Part shown: positions 51,581 through 64,000 of the stretch, in pieces
How the letters are laid out: every line of letters starts with the position of its first letter
How positions within the stretch are numbered: the first letter of the stretch is position 1
Assembly (NCBI GenBank): GCA_951406725.2
Contig: OX597830.1
Location: 33,852,001-33,916,000, forward strand
Source: Octopus vulgaris
Taxonomy: Eukaryota
Direction of reading: 5' to 3'
DNA: 64,000 nt
The notes under the pieces: model-generated
Seen by the model: the letters and a program-made list of their open reading frames with translations, nothing else
Database searches by the model: none
What the model was told of the DNA's origin: nothing
Translations under genes and position numbers: made by a program

Positions 51581-52644
51581 AGACACAACCAAAGTAGTGT
51601 TAAACTGGATGACAAATTAACTCAGTTATCCAAAACAGCAGATTAAAATTATGTTTGTTCCTGTTACAGTTATGTTGCCTCAACTTGGTCTTGATTAGGC
51701 AAGCTGTGGGAGGGGATCAAAAATGGCCCAGTTTTACTCATCCTTTTTTTTTGTTTGTTTTCCTTTTCAGAAAGAATATATCAAAGGTTACCTTTTCCAG
51801 AAAATCCTTGCTTTTTTTAGGATAGCATAACTATGTGATGAAGAAGATTTGGTCACTATTTCTAGCAGGGACTAAGTCTGATGTTTTTTGTTTAAGCCTT
51901 TTAATGCGGAAATCAGATACATTCACTCAAAATTTCATCAACATTAACTACAGAAGGATTTCTCTCTATCTCCCATTTTTGCCTCCAAGCAAATATTTAG
52001 TTTTATCATCCTTCCTCTGTGACTTACTATTAAACCTTAACCTTATGCAACCCCACTTTATTGAGATACTTGGTTTTCTTTCTCTTTCCTTCATGATTTG
52101 TTGGCCTGTTTAAATTTCTTCCTTAAGACTGTTTTCTGTTCATTTCCACGAGATCTGTAGCTAGTTTGTTTGCAATTCTCCCACTTTTACCCACTCCCAC
52201 CACCAATATCAGGAGTCTCTCTCTCTTTCATATTTCTTGCTCCCTGTTCCATATGATGGTATCCAGATCCCCCACCCCCATAAAGAGGCATAACTACCTT
52301 TGCTCTAGTTCCCTACCAGCTACAGTCACAGTAAGTTTGCATAGCAATAATATTCCTTATTGCATTGGGAAAGCTTGTCCTATTGGAAGCTTGTTCTATC
52401 TGCTTATTTTACTTTCGTTTTCTAATTTTATATGTTGCTAGAAAACTCTTTGAATAGCAACAAATTTTGGGGAGTAAATAAATGAATGAATGCTGATGAT
52501 TTTAATGAAATGGAAAAATTTATCTATCTGCTGGCCAAAAATGGCTCAACTTCTCTATTTCCTTATGCAGCCAGACTGTGATAAACAAAGAACCAAGCAA
52601 CCTAAACCAGAAGATAGGTCCTCTTCTTCTGTAGCTTCCAAAGC

Positions 52645-53130
52645 ATTAGGGTGGTGACTTAAAACATAAGCACAATTAAAGGTAGGTCTTGTGAGATCGC
52701 AGAGATACTGGAGCAGAGATAAGAAGGTATGAGCAATGTGCAGAAGGTAAGATGGAAAGGATCTTCAACTACACTCCTCATGGAGTTCAAACTGTTTTTG
52801 GTGAGCAATAGTGACAGCAAAGGCCGTGTAGGTACACTGTTAGCTGAGAGATGGATAGATAAAGTAATAGAGGTAGTCAGGGTGTATGATGCACCATAGG
52901 GCATGACTGCCAGAGGAAGAGAAGGATCACTTATACGTGACCCTTCTGTAGTTTACCTTTGGGCCAAGTGTCAACAATCTCATTATCGTTGCTGGTGACT
53001 TCAACTCACATGCTGGTCAACACTTTGATGGCTTTGATAATGAACATGGAGGTTATGGATACAGCTTAAAAAATGAAGCAAGTGTAAAGCTTCTGGAGTT
53101 TTGTGATGCAGCTGATCTAACAATTTAGAA
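52645..53130 (+). pseudogene. RTE-clade AP-endonuclease domain remnant
   Basis: NISTIKGRSCEIAEILEQR*..VQKVRWKG..VGTLLAERWIDKVIEVVRV..LIIVAGDFNSHAGQ..HGGYGY..NEASVKLLEFCDAADL. A family-C-like 3'UTR follows at 53330-53530. Confidence 0.85.
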
Positions 53131-53734
53131 TGTTGGGATGGGGAAGCAGACTGCCAAAATAGAGAGGGTTGAAGGGTGGATGAGTTTGGAGCTATGAACC
53201 AAGGATGGAGTGAAGCAGATAAGAATGACGAAGGAGTGAACCTGCACTCTTACCTTTTACCCTCTCCTAGTTCAGTACTCTTATCCCTAGCATGAAATTA
53301 AACCAGCCCCAGGGGTTTTAGTCATGTGAGCTGCTTAGTGACCTTAGTAGTGCAGGAGACAAGAAAAAGAGCACTTAGTCCACACTGTTAGGTGTGGAGC
53401 AACAGGAAAGGTGTAGAAACCATGCTGAGACAGACGAAGCATGATGCAGTTCTTGGATGCATTGGAACCTGTCAAACCATTCAAACCTATGCCAACATGA
53501 AACGTAGATGTTAAATGATGACAACAACGATGATAGTGATGACGATGATGATGACTTATGATGACTGATAACGATGATGACGATGATGATGACGACGACG
53601 ATGATGACGACGATAATGATGATGATGATGGTGGTGATGACAGTGATGATGATGGTGGTGGTGGTGATGACGAAACTATTTTTTCTTGAAATATGTTAAG
53701 TTTATTGAAGCAAAAAATAACTGCTTATTTTTTT

Positions 53735-54090
53735 GGAGCACCACCTTAAAGTGTTCTTAGTCGAAACAATCAATCCCAAGAATTATTCTTTATAAGTCTA
53801 GTACTTATTCTATCAGTTTCTTTTGCTGAACCGCTAAGTTACGGAGATGTAAGCACACCAACATCAGTTGTCAAGTGATGGCGCAGGGGTCAAACATTAA
53901 CACAATGACACACACATATAAATAAATAAATAAATATATATATCCAACAGGCTTCTTCCAGTTTCTGTCTACCAAATCCACTCACAAGGCTTTGGTTGGC
54001 CCAGGGTTGTAGTAGAAGACACTTGCCAAAGGTTCCACACAGTGGGACTGAACCTGGAACCATGTGGCTGGGAAGCAACACACAGCCAAC
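53735..54090 (-). mobile_element. SINE family A
   Basis: Family-A body and head motifs. Confidence 0.8.
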
Positions 54091-54339
54091 TTGCAACAAA
54101 ATGCCAATTCTATTTCTTGGTAGATATGTCGTTCCTGGTCCAGTGGGTCCATTATCAAAGGTATCCCTTTTCTAACCATCCTGCCTATTATTTTTAGACA
54201 TAGTTTATTAAGGGGCTTCTTATCCAGTGTTTTTTCCCTATTTTAATCTGATTGTTAAGGGTGTGGTTTGAGGGAAATCTGGCTGCCAATTCTTGCAGGT
54301 TGAGCTGTCCCTAAAAATCTTCCTTATTGGCTTATTACC

Positions 54340-55075
54340 ATTTTACCTTTTGCTTGTTTGAGTCATTTTACTGAGGCCATGCTGGGGCACCACAATGAAA
54401 TATATTAGTCGAAGGAATCGACCGTAGTACTTATTTTTTTTAAAACCTGATACGTATTCTATCTGTCTCTTTTGCTGAACTGCTAAGTTATAGGGATGTG
54501 AACACATCAGTAGCAGTTGTCAAGTGGTTGTGGTGGCAGACACAGAGACACACATGCACACACACATATCATATATATATATATATATGTGTCGGTGGCA
54601 CATAAAAACACCATCCGAGCGTGGCCGTCTGCCAGCCTCGTCTGGCACCTGTGTCGGTGGCACATAAAAAACACCATCCGAGCGTGGCCGTTTGCCAGCC
54701 TCGTCTGGCACCTGTGTCGGTGGCACATAAAATCACCCACTACACTCTCGGAGTGGTTGGCATTAGGAAGGGCATCCAGCTGTAGAAACACTGCCAGATC
54801 TGACTGGACTGGTGCAGCTTTTCGGGCTCCCAGACCCCAGTTGAACCGTCCAACCCATGCTAGCATGGAAAGCGGACGTTAAATGATGATGATGATGATG
54901 ATGATATACACACACACACAGCACAATTTTCTTTCGGTTTCCATCAAACAAATCTTTTCACAAGTCTGTTTGAGGCTAGAGTAGAAAACACTTGCTCAAG
55001 GTGCCACACAGTTGAATTGAACCTGGAACCATGCGGTTGGAAAACAATCTTCTAACCACATAGCTACATGTGCAC
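54340..55075 (-). mobile_element. SINE family A with family C (54589-54904, + strand) nested in its microsatellite
   Basis: Tail at 54340-54545 and head at 54925-55075. The insert has tandem units of about 62-63 bp and a (GAT)n tail. Confidence 0.8.
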
Positions 55076-55866
55076 TTACAATACTAAGCATCTTTTTTAC
55101 CCCCTTAATACAGCCATAATTTTTCCATTATTCTCCCACTTATTGCATATCTAAAAATCCATAATCTACATTTTCTCTCACTAATTCAGACAAAAGTAGA
55201 GTAATCTAAGGGAGATTTGGCTATTATATCCAGCCAGTCAAACAACCAGCATATACTCAACACATTCACTAGTTGGTACTAACAAGGTTTGAACTCATGG
55301 ACACATAATTACGAGCATCTCAAACCTTAACACATCAGTAATTGCGCATTATATGTTGCATGCTTGCTGACAGTAAAATCATTTAATTGCACTTTATTTA
55401 CTTTTTAATATATTTGATTATATATTTATTTGTGAAAATATATTTATTTAGCTTTCAACTGATTAATGTTTGTATTCTTTTAAAAAAACAACAACAACAA
55501 TAAAACAGAGTTTTAATCTGTAGACAAGTTTATAGATAACTTTACGTTTACCTTTTTTTTTTTATTAGTGTTGTTCTTGTTACTGCGATTATTTCATTAA
55601 TTATTATTATTATTATCATTATTATTAGATTATTTGTTGCTGTTATCTACCAATTTTGTTTAATAATGATTTTGTGTTTATTTTAAATTTGTCATACACA
55701 CTCTCACTTACAAACACGCACACACACTTATACACTCACTCACTCACACACACACACACACACATACACACACACACACATTTATATATGCACATATATA
55801 TATTATTCAGAAATGGGAAGTGTTATTGATTTTCATTATCTAGTTACCCTGTTTCTCTCTCTCTCT

Positions 55867-55905
<39 letters not shown>

Positions 55906-57869
55906 AACATACACTCACAAACTTTATATATATATAATATATGAATAAAAATTAAATTTTATACATACATATATACATATATATGTGTGTGTGTACATAT
56001 ACGTATGTAATTTCCACAAATAAATAATTATATGTATATATGTAATTTACCCAAATATATTTATGATTATGTATTTATATTATATATAATGTGTATGTAT
56101 TGTGTATATATATAATTTAACCCCAATATGTGTGTTTGTGTGTGTATATATATATATAATATATATATAATTAGACAATGAAAACTCAGCCATACACACA
56201 CTCATCTTATTTATATCATATCAATAATACTTTTATTGTATTACTTAATATTACTGCTTATCAAAGGGGATTATTTTTCACACAAATGCAACTTGAGGAA
56301 TTTAAATTAAATCATTCTTTCTCCTCCCCTATGTGTGTTTGTGTGTGTGTGTATGTACACGTGTGTGTCTAAATTTCTTTGTTATTGCTGCATTTTTTAT
56401 GTATGTGTGTGTTTTGTAAAAAAATATAGATAACTTCAAGAAATATATATATATATAACAATAGTAACAAGTATGATAACAGCATAATGCAATACGGGTA
56501 ACAATACAATGGAAATATCAGTGATGATGATGATGATGATAAATATTAATAAATTATGATAAGGAATTTGATGAAAAGAAATTCACAATGATGATGAAGA
56601 CGATCACGATGGTGGTAATAGTGATGATAATTTAATGATGATAATAATAATAATAACTGTAATAATAATTTTTATTTTCGAAGATAATAATTTTGGTAAC
56701 AATGTTGATTGTAAATGATAATATATATATATATATAAATATATTAATCAAATAAAGTCAAAAGAATACATTTTTTTTATATTATTTAATTTTAGGAAAA
56801 AAGTTATATTTATCATGGTTTTGTATATTTTTTGCCTATTTTTCTTTTTACTTTAATTTTTTTTTTTGTAATATGGGCCTAAAAATTGCTCCTCTGTTCT
56901 TGCTACTGTGTGAAAAACATCAAATTGCATTAAGTTACAAATTGAATGAATTTACTTGTAAGGAAATTTGAAACAAAATATAAGATAATATGAAGTGTTT
57001 CATCTTTGCAATTATCATATTAATTCAAAGTATTGAGTATACATGTGTGTGTGTGTGTGTGTATGTTTGTGTTCATACATTTGTGAGGTTGGGTATAGAA
57101 CTTTAGAGAGAAGTAGTCTGCATCTGTATATATATATATATATATATATGCATTCGTGTGATGATGTGTGTTTGTATCAATTATATATTAAGTTCTTATA
57201 TGTTTGTGCCTGTGAATTATAAGCAGTCATGTAATTGGAACTTCTTGAGTGTTTGATGTAAGATGTGTGAATAAATGTAATGTAACATAATTTATATATG
57301 CTTGAGAGTTTGTATGTAATGTAAGTTGCTGATATATAAATGCATATTATAGTACAAATCGCAGAGTGTATATTCAAATTGCACTACTTTACACATACAT
57401 ATATACAATCATATATACATACACTTGTATAGCTATTTCAATCTATTTTATATTTTCTATGCTATTTTTTGTTAAGAGTTATTTAAATATCAGGTGCTTA
57501 TTTTATAAAGCAATATAGATGAATTTAATATTATCAATTAAAATATTCAATACTTATTTCATTAATCAGGCATAAGTGTATGAATATGATGTTCGCTTTG
57601 CAACAATGTGTTTTGTGTTTCAAACCCATTGTAAAGCAATTTGATCCAGCGTTGTTGTAACTGTGTGCTAAGCCTCCAGTCAAAGCACTGCACTGATGTT
57701 ACTACACAATACTTAAATTAGTATCAGGCCCCAGGCTTATGAAGGCAATGGAAAAGTATTCAGTGTGCCTGGGCAATAAAAGTCTTGTGAGTGGAATTTG
57801 TTTGACCAAAACTGTGTGAAATGCATTGGCGCAATTATTCATGTTCTTGAATAGGTTTCATCACCTGGG

Positions 57870-58081
57870 ATTCAAACTGGCCATATCTAGCCTAGTTAGT
57901 CTACCTGTTTTATGGTCAAACCAGCCAGATCCAACCTCTCACACCTATTTTACAATGTCATTCTAAAAATAAGCAATCGCATCATGAAAATCTCAAAGCT
58001 ATGGGATAATGCATGATTAATTCAAAACAATGTAAATAAGCATCACATTTGAGAGAATTAATCTGAATGTGAGAGGGTTAG
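57870..58081. mobile_element. TTAA-type MITE, second copy
   Basis: Reverse complement of the 39973-40189 body; ends in gagggtta. Confidence 0.65.
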
Positions 58082-60861
58082 CACAATACCTGGCCCTTGT
58101 GTACTTTTACAAGAGTACATTATTAAAAAATAATTAAGAATATGTCTTCTTTCTTAGGATGATCTTCTCTTTATCTTATCAGTCTCAGAAGCTCTTGAAA
58201 AGAGAGATAGGGGTATGGTCCTCCCTCTTTTGATTGAGTTATTAATCTCTCACCTGTAAAAAATTTTCTTCTTGCTTTGACCATCTTTAATTCACTTATA
58301 TGAGACTATAGTATGACTAAGATTAAACTAAACAGTATGAATTTGTTTTTTTTTTTAAATGTGGTAGGACTTGATGTGATGAAGCTCTGACCTCCATTTC
58401 TATTAGTGTTGTTGTTGTTTTTGTCTTCTTTTTTTTTTTGTTTATATGTTTCTGAACAGGCTCTGGAAGGAAACAAAACATATAAATGACTGGAATGAAA
58501 TATGGGAACATAAGATACATAGAGAAAGATAGATAAAAAAAAAAAGTAGACAGAAAATGAGAGAGAAAGGGAGTGAAAGACAAGAAGAAACCTAGATAGT
58601 TATTTGGATACAGAAACAGATGAAAAGAGGGAGATTATATGAATAAATGGCTAGATACATTGGTAAATAGATAGATAGAGATATTAAGCAAATGATTAGA
58701 TAGTTAGAAAGATGGGCAGAGAGAAAAATGGCTTGATACATAAACAGATAGATAAATAACTAGGTAGGGAGGTAGGTAGATTGATTGATTTTTAATTAAC
58801 TGTCTGCAATTCGTTGGTACAAACATATGTATACAAGCAATATATAAAATTATGTAGTGTTAATTAATGGATATTAAAGACAAAACATGAAAGGTAAACT
58901 GTTGTACATAAACTATTGTGGCATTTAAAGTGAGATAATCAGGCTATGTTCTATGTTCTTAACCTAACTGTCTTTCAGAACATTTCCAAATGAAAATGAT
59001 ATATAATAGAAAATACAGTAACAAAATAAGCAAAGCAAAATAACATAAAACTGCTTAAAAATAGGAAATAACATGCAAGATAAAATATACCAAGTAAATA
59101 ATAGAAAACAACATAAAATACAGAATAAAATGGTGTTTATTTCAGAGAAAGGTTAACTAGGATTTCAGCAAATATTAATGATGATGATGATGGGGGAGGA
59201 TGGGGGGGGGGGGAATATAGTTAGTTTTTCTTTTCATTCTGTCCTCTAATTTCCATCAAGGGTTTAGTCGATTCTGCTTAACTGTAATTATCAATTAGGT
59301 GAATTAGTTTTAGCAGGATAAACAGAATCAATTTGTTAACCCAGTGGCTTTCAGTCTGTTTTGGTTTTGTATCTCACTGGAGATGAACTACAATAAAAAA
59401 ATTTAAAAAACTAGTGCTGCACTTCATCTTGAAAATTAAAAAACGTTTTAAAATAATAAAAAAAGGAATTTAGGGAAAATAAAGAAAATACTATTACATA
59501 CCTTGTTTTATTAATTATGCTTGTGAATAAAAAGTGTGGTTAAGGAGGTCACTTTCTAACCATGAGTTTGTGGACCGATTTTTTGTAAGCAAATTTGGTA
59601 AATGGAACCTACATGCTTGTTTGTCATCTCAAGGTCAAAATCCTCAGGAGAAACCTCAGTCACCAAGAGATATACTTAATAATGACTGGAAGGATCAACT
59701 CTGATTTGAAGAATCATTAGAATGTCAGATATAAAGCTGTAGTACTCTGCATTATTTGTTCTGAATCATGGTGTACTGAGATCAAATCCTCGTGAAGTCA
59801 GCTTTGACTTTTATCCTTTTGAGTTCAAAAGAAAAAAGTATTAATCTAGGCTGGTAGATTGATGGTTAATAATTCTAATCAGATACACATTTCTCAAAAT
59901 AGTTACCTATTTTTTGCCATTTTGCTTGTTGTATTGTTAACATTTTGCAATTTCCAGTTCTATGAAATTTCTCCACTTAATTTCGTTATTGTACCCAGTT
60001 TTGCTAAAATTAGTTTTCTTTTTAACTCATTATTATTAATCTCATCATTATTATTACTAATTTGTATCTCATATCATTGAGGTTCTCTTCTGAAACTCTT
60101 TTCATTGATTTCTATATTTATTCCATAATGGTCAATCTGGACATGCTTCAGTTTTGGGCGGCCAATTTGCTAGTTTTCCTTACTCTACTGGCCCACGTCA
60201 TGACTGTGTCCTTGTTTCAACTCTTGGTCTTCTGATGTGAAATCCCACCATGACCTACTAGGGTAAAGCATCTTCACCTGTCACCTAGTTTCACATCACC
60301 ACTTGGAACCTTGTATGTCTTCACAAGTGTCCATTTGAACCAGGTCTCCAGATGAGACCAGGTTGTCTTCCCTCCCTCCTTTAGAGGTCCTGTGAATGGA
60401 TCATGGGCATTGCTATTTCTTTTGAGTAAATAATGAAAGAAGTATATTTTTGACCATAATTTTTCTAATTCTTTCTCAATCTCAGTGCATTCCTATCTGT
60501 CTTCCTTATTTAAGTTTCTTTCCATCAAAATCAATTCCTGAATTCAGCCAACTGAAAATTCTTCAAGGCATTGCCCCCAACATTGCTACAGTCTAATGAC
60601 TAAATCAAGTATAAAATATAAGATAGGTCTGCAACTCTTGTTTTTTAAGCATAGCTCTGCAGATTTCATCAGTTACCTCAACATTAGCATGAAATGAGAA
60701 TTACAGACTTCTGCTCAAAGGCATTTGAAGTACGACCATTGTATTTTTTAAAATAACTAGAATTACATTAGCCAATTTTTTCTTACATTTTATAAGATGA
60801 TAGGTTGTCATTTAAGAAAGATTTGGCTGCTATTTTTAGCAGACTGGTCGACCATCTGGAG

Positions 60862-61725
60862 CAGTGGTTCGCAGCTATTTTTTCCAATGGACCCCTTTCA
60901 TTCCTATTTTACTCTAATGGACCCCCATCCTTTGCCATTGTGGCATGTGAAAAGTACCTTGTGAGTGCTGGGCTTCATGGAGGCAATGACAAATGACCAA
61001 AACATCTGGCAATATGCTGTAATTGAGAATAAGACCTATCAAGCCAAGTGAAATTGTAGTCATGGCAGATACTGGTGTCATGCAACTGGCACCCGTGCTG
61101 GTGGCATGTAAGAGCACACATCTCACTCTCAGAGAGGTTGGTGTAAGGAAGGGCATCCAGCCATAGAAACCACTGATTTTGATGGAAAGAAACTTAAATA
61201 AGGAAGACAGATACAAATGAACTAAAATAAAGAAGGCAGCGAGCTGGCAGAAACGTTAGCACGCCGGGCGAAATACTTAGCGGTATTTCGTCTGTCTTTA
61301 TGTTCTGAGTTCAAATTCCACTGAGATCAACTTTGGCTTTCATCCTTTCGGGGTCGATAAATTAAGTACCAGTTATGCACTGGGGTCGATGTAATCGACT
61401 TAATTCCTTTGTCTGTCTTTGTTTGTCCCCTCTATGTTTAGCCCCTTGTAGGCAATAAAGAAATATGAAACAATGCCTAATCAGACGGGAGTTAATTGCA
61501 GCCTCTCGTCTTACCAACCTTGTCCAAATCGTCGATCCCATCCCAAGGTGGACAACGGACTAAATGATGATGATGAATTAGATATTATTTGGAATCGTAT
61601 AAAAAACATCGTTAAAATATTTTGTGTATTGTAGAAGTATAACTGTTTTATTGCACATTAATTTTAACAGCAAAATCTTATATGGACCCCTAAGCAGCCA
61701 TATGGACCTTCGTTGGGAACCACTG
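60862..61725. mobile_element. hAT-type MITE interrupted by family C and family B insertions
   Basis: TIRs CAGTGGTTCgCA and TGGGAACCACTG. The 8-bp flanks atctggag and atctatag are a degenerate TSD. Confidence 0.65.
61232..61465 (+). mobile_element. SINE family B, young full-length copy
   Basis: GGCAGCGAGCTGGCAGAAACG (A box-like), GAGTTCAAATTCC (B box), then GCTTTCATCCTTTCGGGGTCGATAAATTAAGTACCAG, which resembles the MetaSINE/Sauria-type central domain. Confidence 0.88.
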
Positions 61726-61999
61726 ATCTATAGGTTTCCACATTTGCTCGATGTTGGATCAGTTATTTCTACAGTTAAGCTTCTTACCTGCATGTAAAAA
61801 AAACAACAACAAGGTAATGTAGTAACACTGCATATGAATATCAAAAATGTATATTCACACACACTTTATATATATATGTATATATATGTATTTATGATTG
61901 TATATATATTGCATATCTGTGCATGCATATATGCGTGTGTATATATAATATAAATATATATAGAGACACATACACATATACATTATATATGTGTGTGTG

Positions 62000-62075
<76 letters not shown>

Positions 62076-62682
62076 CATATATTCAGTGTTTGTGTTAGGC
62101 AATATTATAATTAAAATTAAGATGTAATTAACCCTCTCTTACACAATATTAGAATGTCAACTTGCATGGCCAGTATTTGCGATAAGATTACAACTCCCTA
62201 GTCCTGATTAGCATTATTCATTATTAATTATGGCGCGATTATCTAACGACAAACTTTGCTCCTCACCACCTCCCCTACGTTACCCACGCCCCATCCGTAC
62301 CCCCCACTCCTCCCACACCTCAACCACCCACATCTGCCATACACTTCTACTCACCTGTTTCGGTGGAGAAAGCAGCAGATGCATTTCATCCATCATTAAA
62401 AGAGTTACATGTTAATCAACCAGGCCGTAATCTGTTCCCTCCTTAGCGAGCTAATCTATAATTTAGATACTTGCCTTATAACATGCACCATAATATAATT
62501 ACATCTTTTGAAAAACTACAGCAACAACAACAACACCAACAAGAACAACATCAGCAGCAGCAGCAAGCATTACAGCATTAGTAACAATATCATCAAAGTA
62601 ATAACAATAATACTAATAATGCTACTACTAATAATAATAATAACAATAATAATTGCTGTTGTAGTTATTATTATTATTTTTA

Positions 62683-62743
<61 letters not shown>

Positions 62744-63066
62744 CATTATTATTATTATCATCATTATTATTATTATTATTATCATTATTATTATTACTAC
62801 TACTGAGATCGTTCTTGTTATTTCCCCTCGTCTTGTTTTTATTGCTTGTTTTCTTCATACAACCCAGCACAACTCTGTATTTTGTTTCATGTTTCTATTT
62901 TCTACCCTTTTAACAGTATTCCACCTAATACCTGTGTGCAGTGCCTTGTAGTGATATCTTCTCGGTGTTGAGTGTATATCTAAGTCCCAGGGGTTTAGTT
63001 GTGTATTTGTCTGCATCTGTATTATATTCATTTTGACAGAACCATTACTATTATTATTATTATTAC

Positions 63067-63101
<35 letters not shown>

Positions 63102-63103
<2 letters not shown>

Positions 63104-63456
63104 GAGTGAGAGAGCAGTGCATGCGATCAAAGTGACACTGGGGTACAAATATACGAAGCCCAATATACCCATCATCACTACCCGTCTGATAAGGGTACAC
63201 CAAGCACATGCATCATAACCATACGTGCGCGACATGGTGATCTTATATCAAGATAAACAGCACATGACCTTGCAGGTGAGGCCCAGTTAGAATTTTCTTC
63301 TGGTCGAGTAACCCTTCCTGCTCAAAAGGTCGCTGAATTCAGGGGTTGTTTAAGGATGTTGAACGAAACACCCATGTTTCCAGGGATGAATTATTCAAAC
63401 CCCAAAGAATCCCTCTCAACACATGGATCTGATGCTCCCCCACTACTTCGGCTCGT
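63102..63456 (-). mobile_element. Family D element, 5'-truncated, abutting (TTA)n
   Basis: Matches 10038-10390. Confidence 0.8.
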
Positions 63457-63944
63457 ACCAGTGAAGTACTGGGTTGGAGTTAACTGACTCATAGTCATGA
63501 CTCTTATACTTCTCAAAGCACAGGTCTTTGACTAAGAACCTTCAACAAGTCATTTTAATGGAGTTTGTCCTTTGAGGATGTATCACTACATAAACTCCAG
63601 TGGCCACTGTTGTTGTTGATTAGTTCCAAGTCATCTACACCTGAGTGGACCCATGACATAAGGCCTCTTCATATATCTGGGCTGACTATATCATACATTG
63701 TTACCCATCCAATTTCCAATGCAGAGATGTGTAATTTGAGAGCTAGATTGCTACAATTTCTAACAAAATGGACATGGCTGGGTGGTTAAGAAGCTCAGTT
63801 TGCAATCGAATAGTTTTGGGTTCAATTGCACAGTATGGCACCTTGGGCAAGTATTTTCTACTATAGCCACAGGTCAAGCAATGTGTTCTGAGTGAATTTA
63901 GTGAATGGAAATTAAATGAAAACTTACTGTGTATGTGTATATGG

Positions 63945-63997
<53 letters not shown>

Positions 63998-64000
63998 GTT

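Noticed and set aside
54589-54735. CRISPR-like repeat-spacer array
   Set aside because: The units are whole tandem repeats with no unique spacers, inside a retroelement in eukaryotic DNA.
60120-60410. GC-richer segment suspected to be a LINE fragment
   Set aside because: I could not recover a recognisable peptide or a second copy.

Overview
AT-rich eukaryotic, non-coding-dominated DNA, read by eye without any database search. The dense (TA)n/(CA)n/(TACA)n/(TAA)n/(GAA)n microsatellites and the set of tRNA-derived SINEs resemble an octopus (coleoid cephalopod) genome; this is an inference. I find no intact protein-coding gene, and almost every ORF in the supplied track is a microsatellite or SINE translation. 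The window looks like a long intron or gene desert filled with mobile elements: at least four tRNA-type SINE families with swappable modules; decayed LINE pieces (RTE, Tx1/L1 and R4/Dong-type); two copies of an internally deleted DD37D (maT) transposon; two non-autonomous Helitrons in inverted orientation; a Helentron-type element; hAT- and TTAA-type MITEs; and a U6 snRNA pseudogene fused to a SINE tail. The most notable signals are (i) a cluster of Penelope-type minimal hammerhead ribozymes at 27.5-28.6 kb, one with an intact core and one inside a 192-bp spacerless palindrome, (ii) a U6-headed SINE chimera, (iii) an RTE-like 3' end carrying three C2H2 zinc fingers, and (iv) retroelements that appear to target microsatellites. 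A few weak exon candidates are reported at low confidence. Repeat boundaries are approximate unless termini are quoted.
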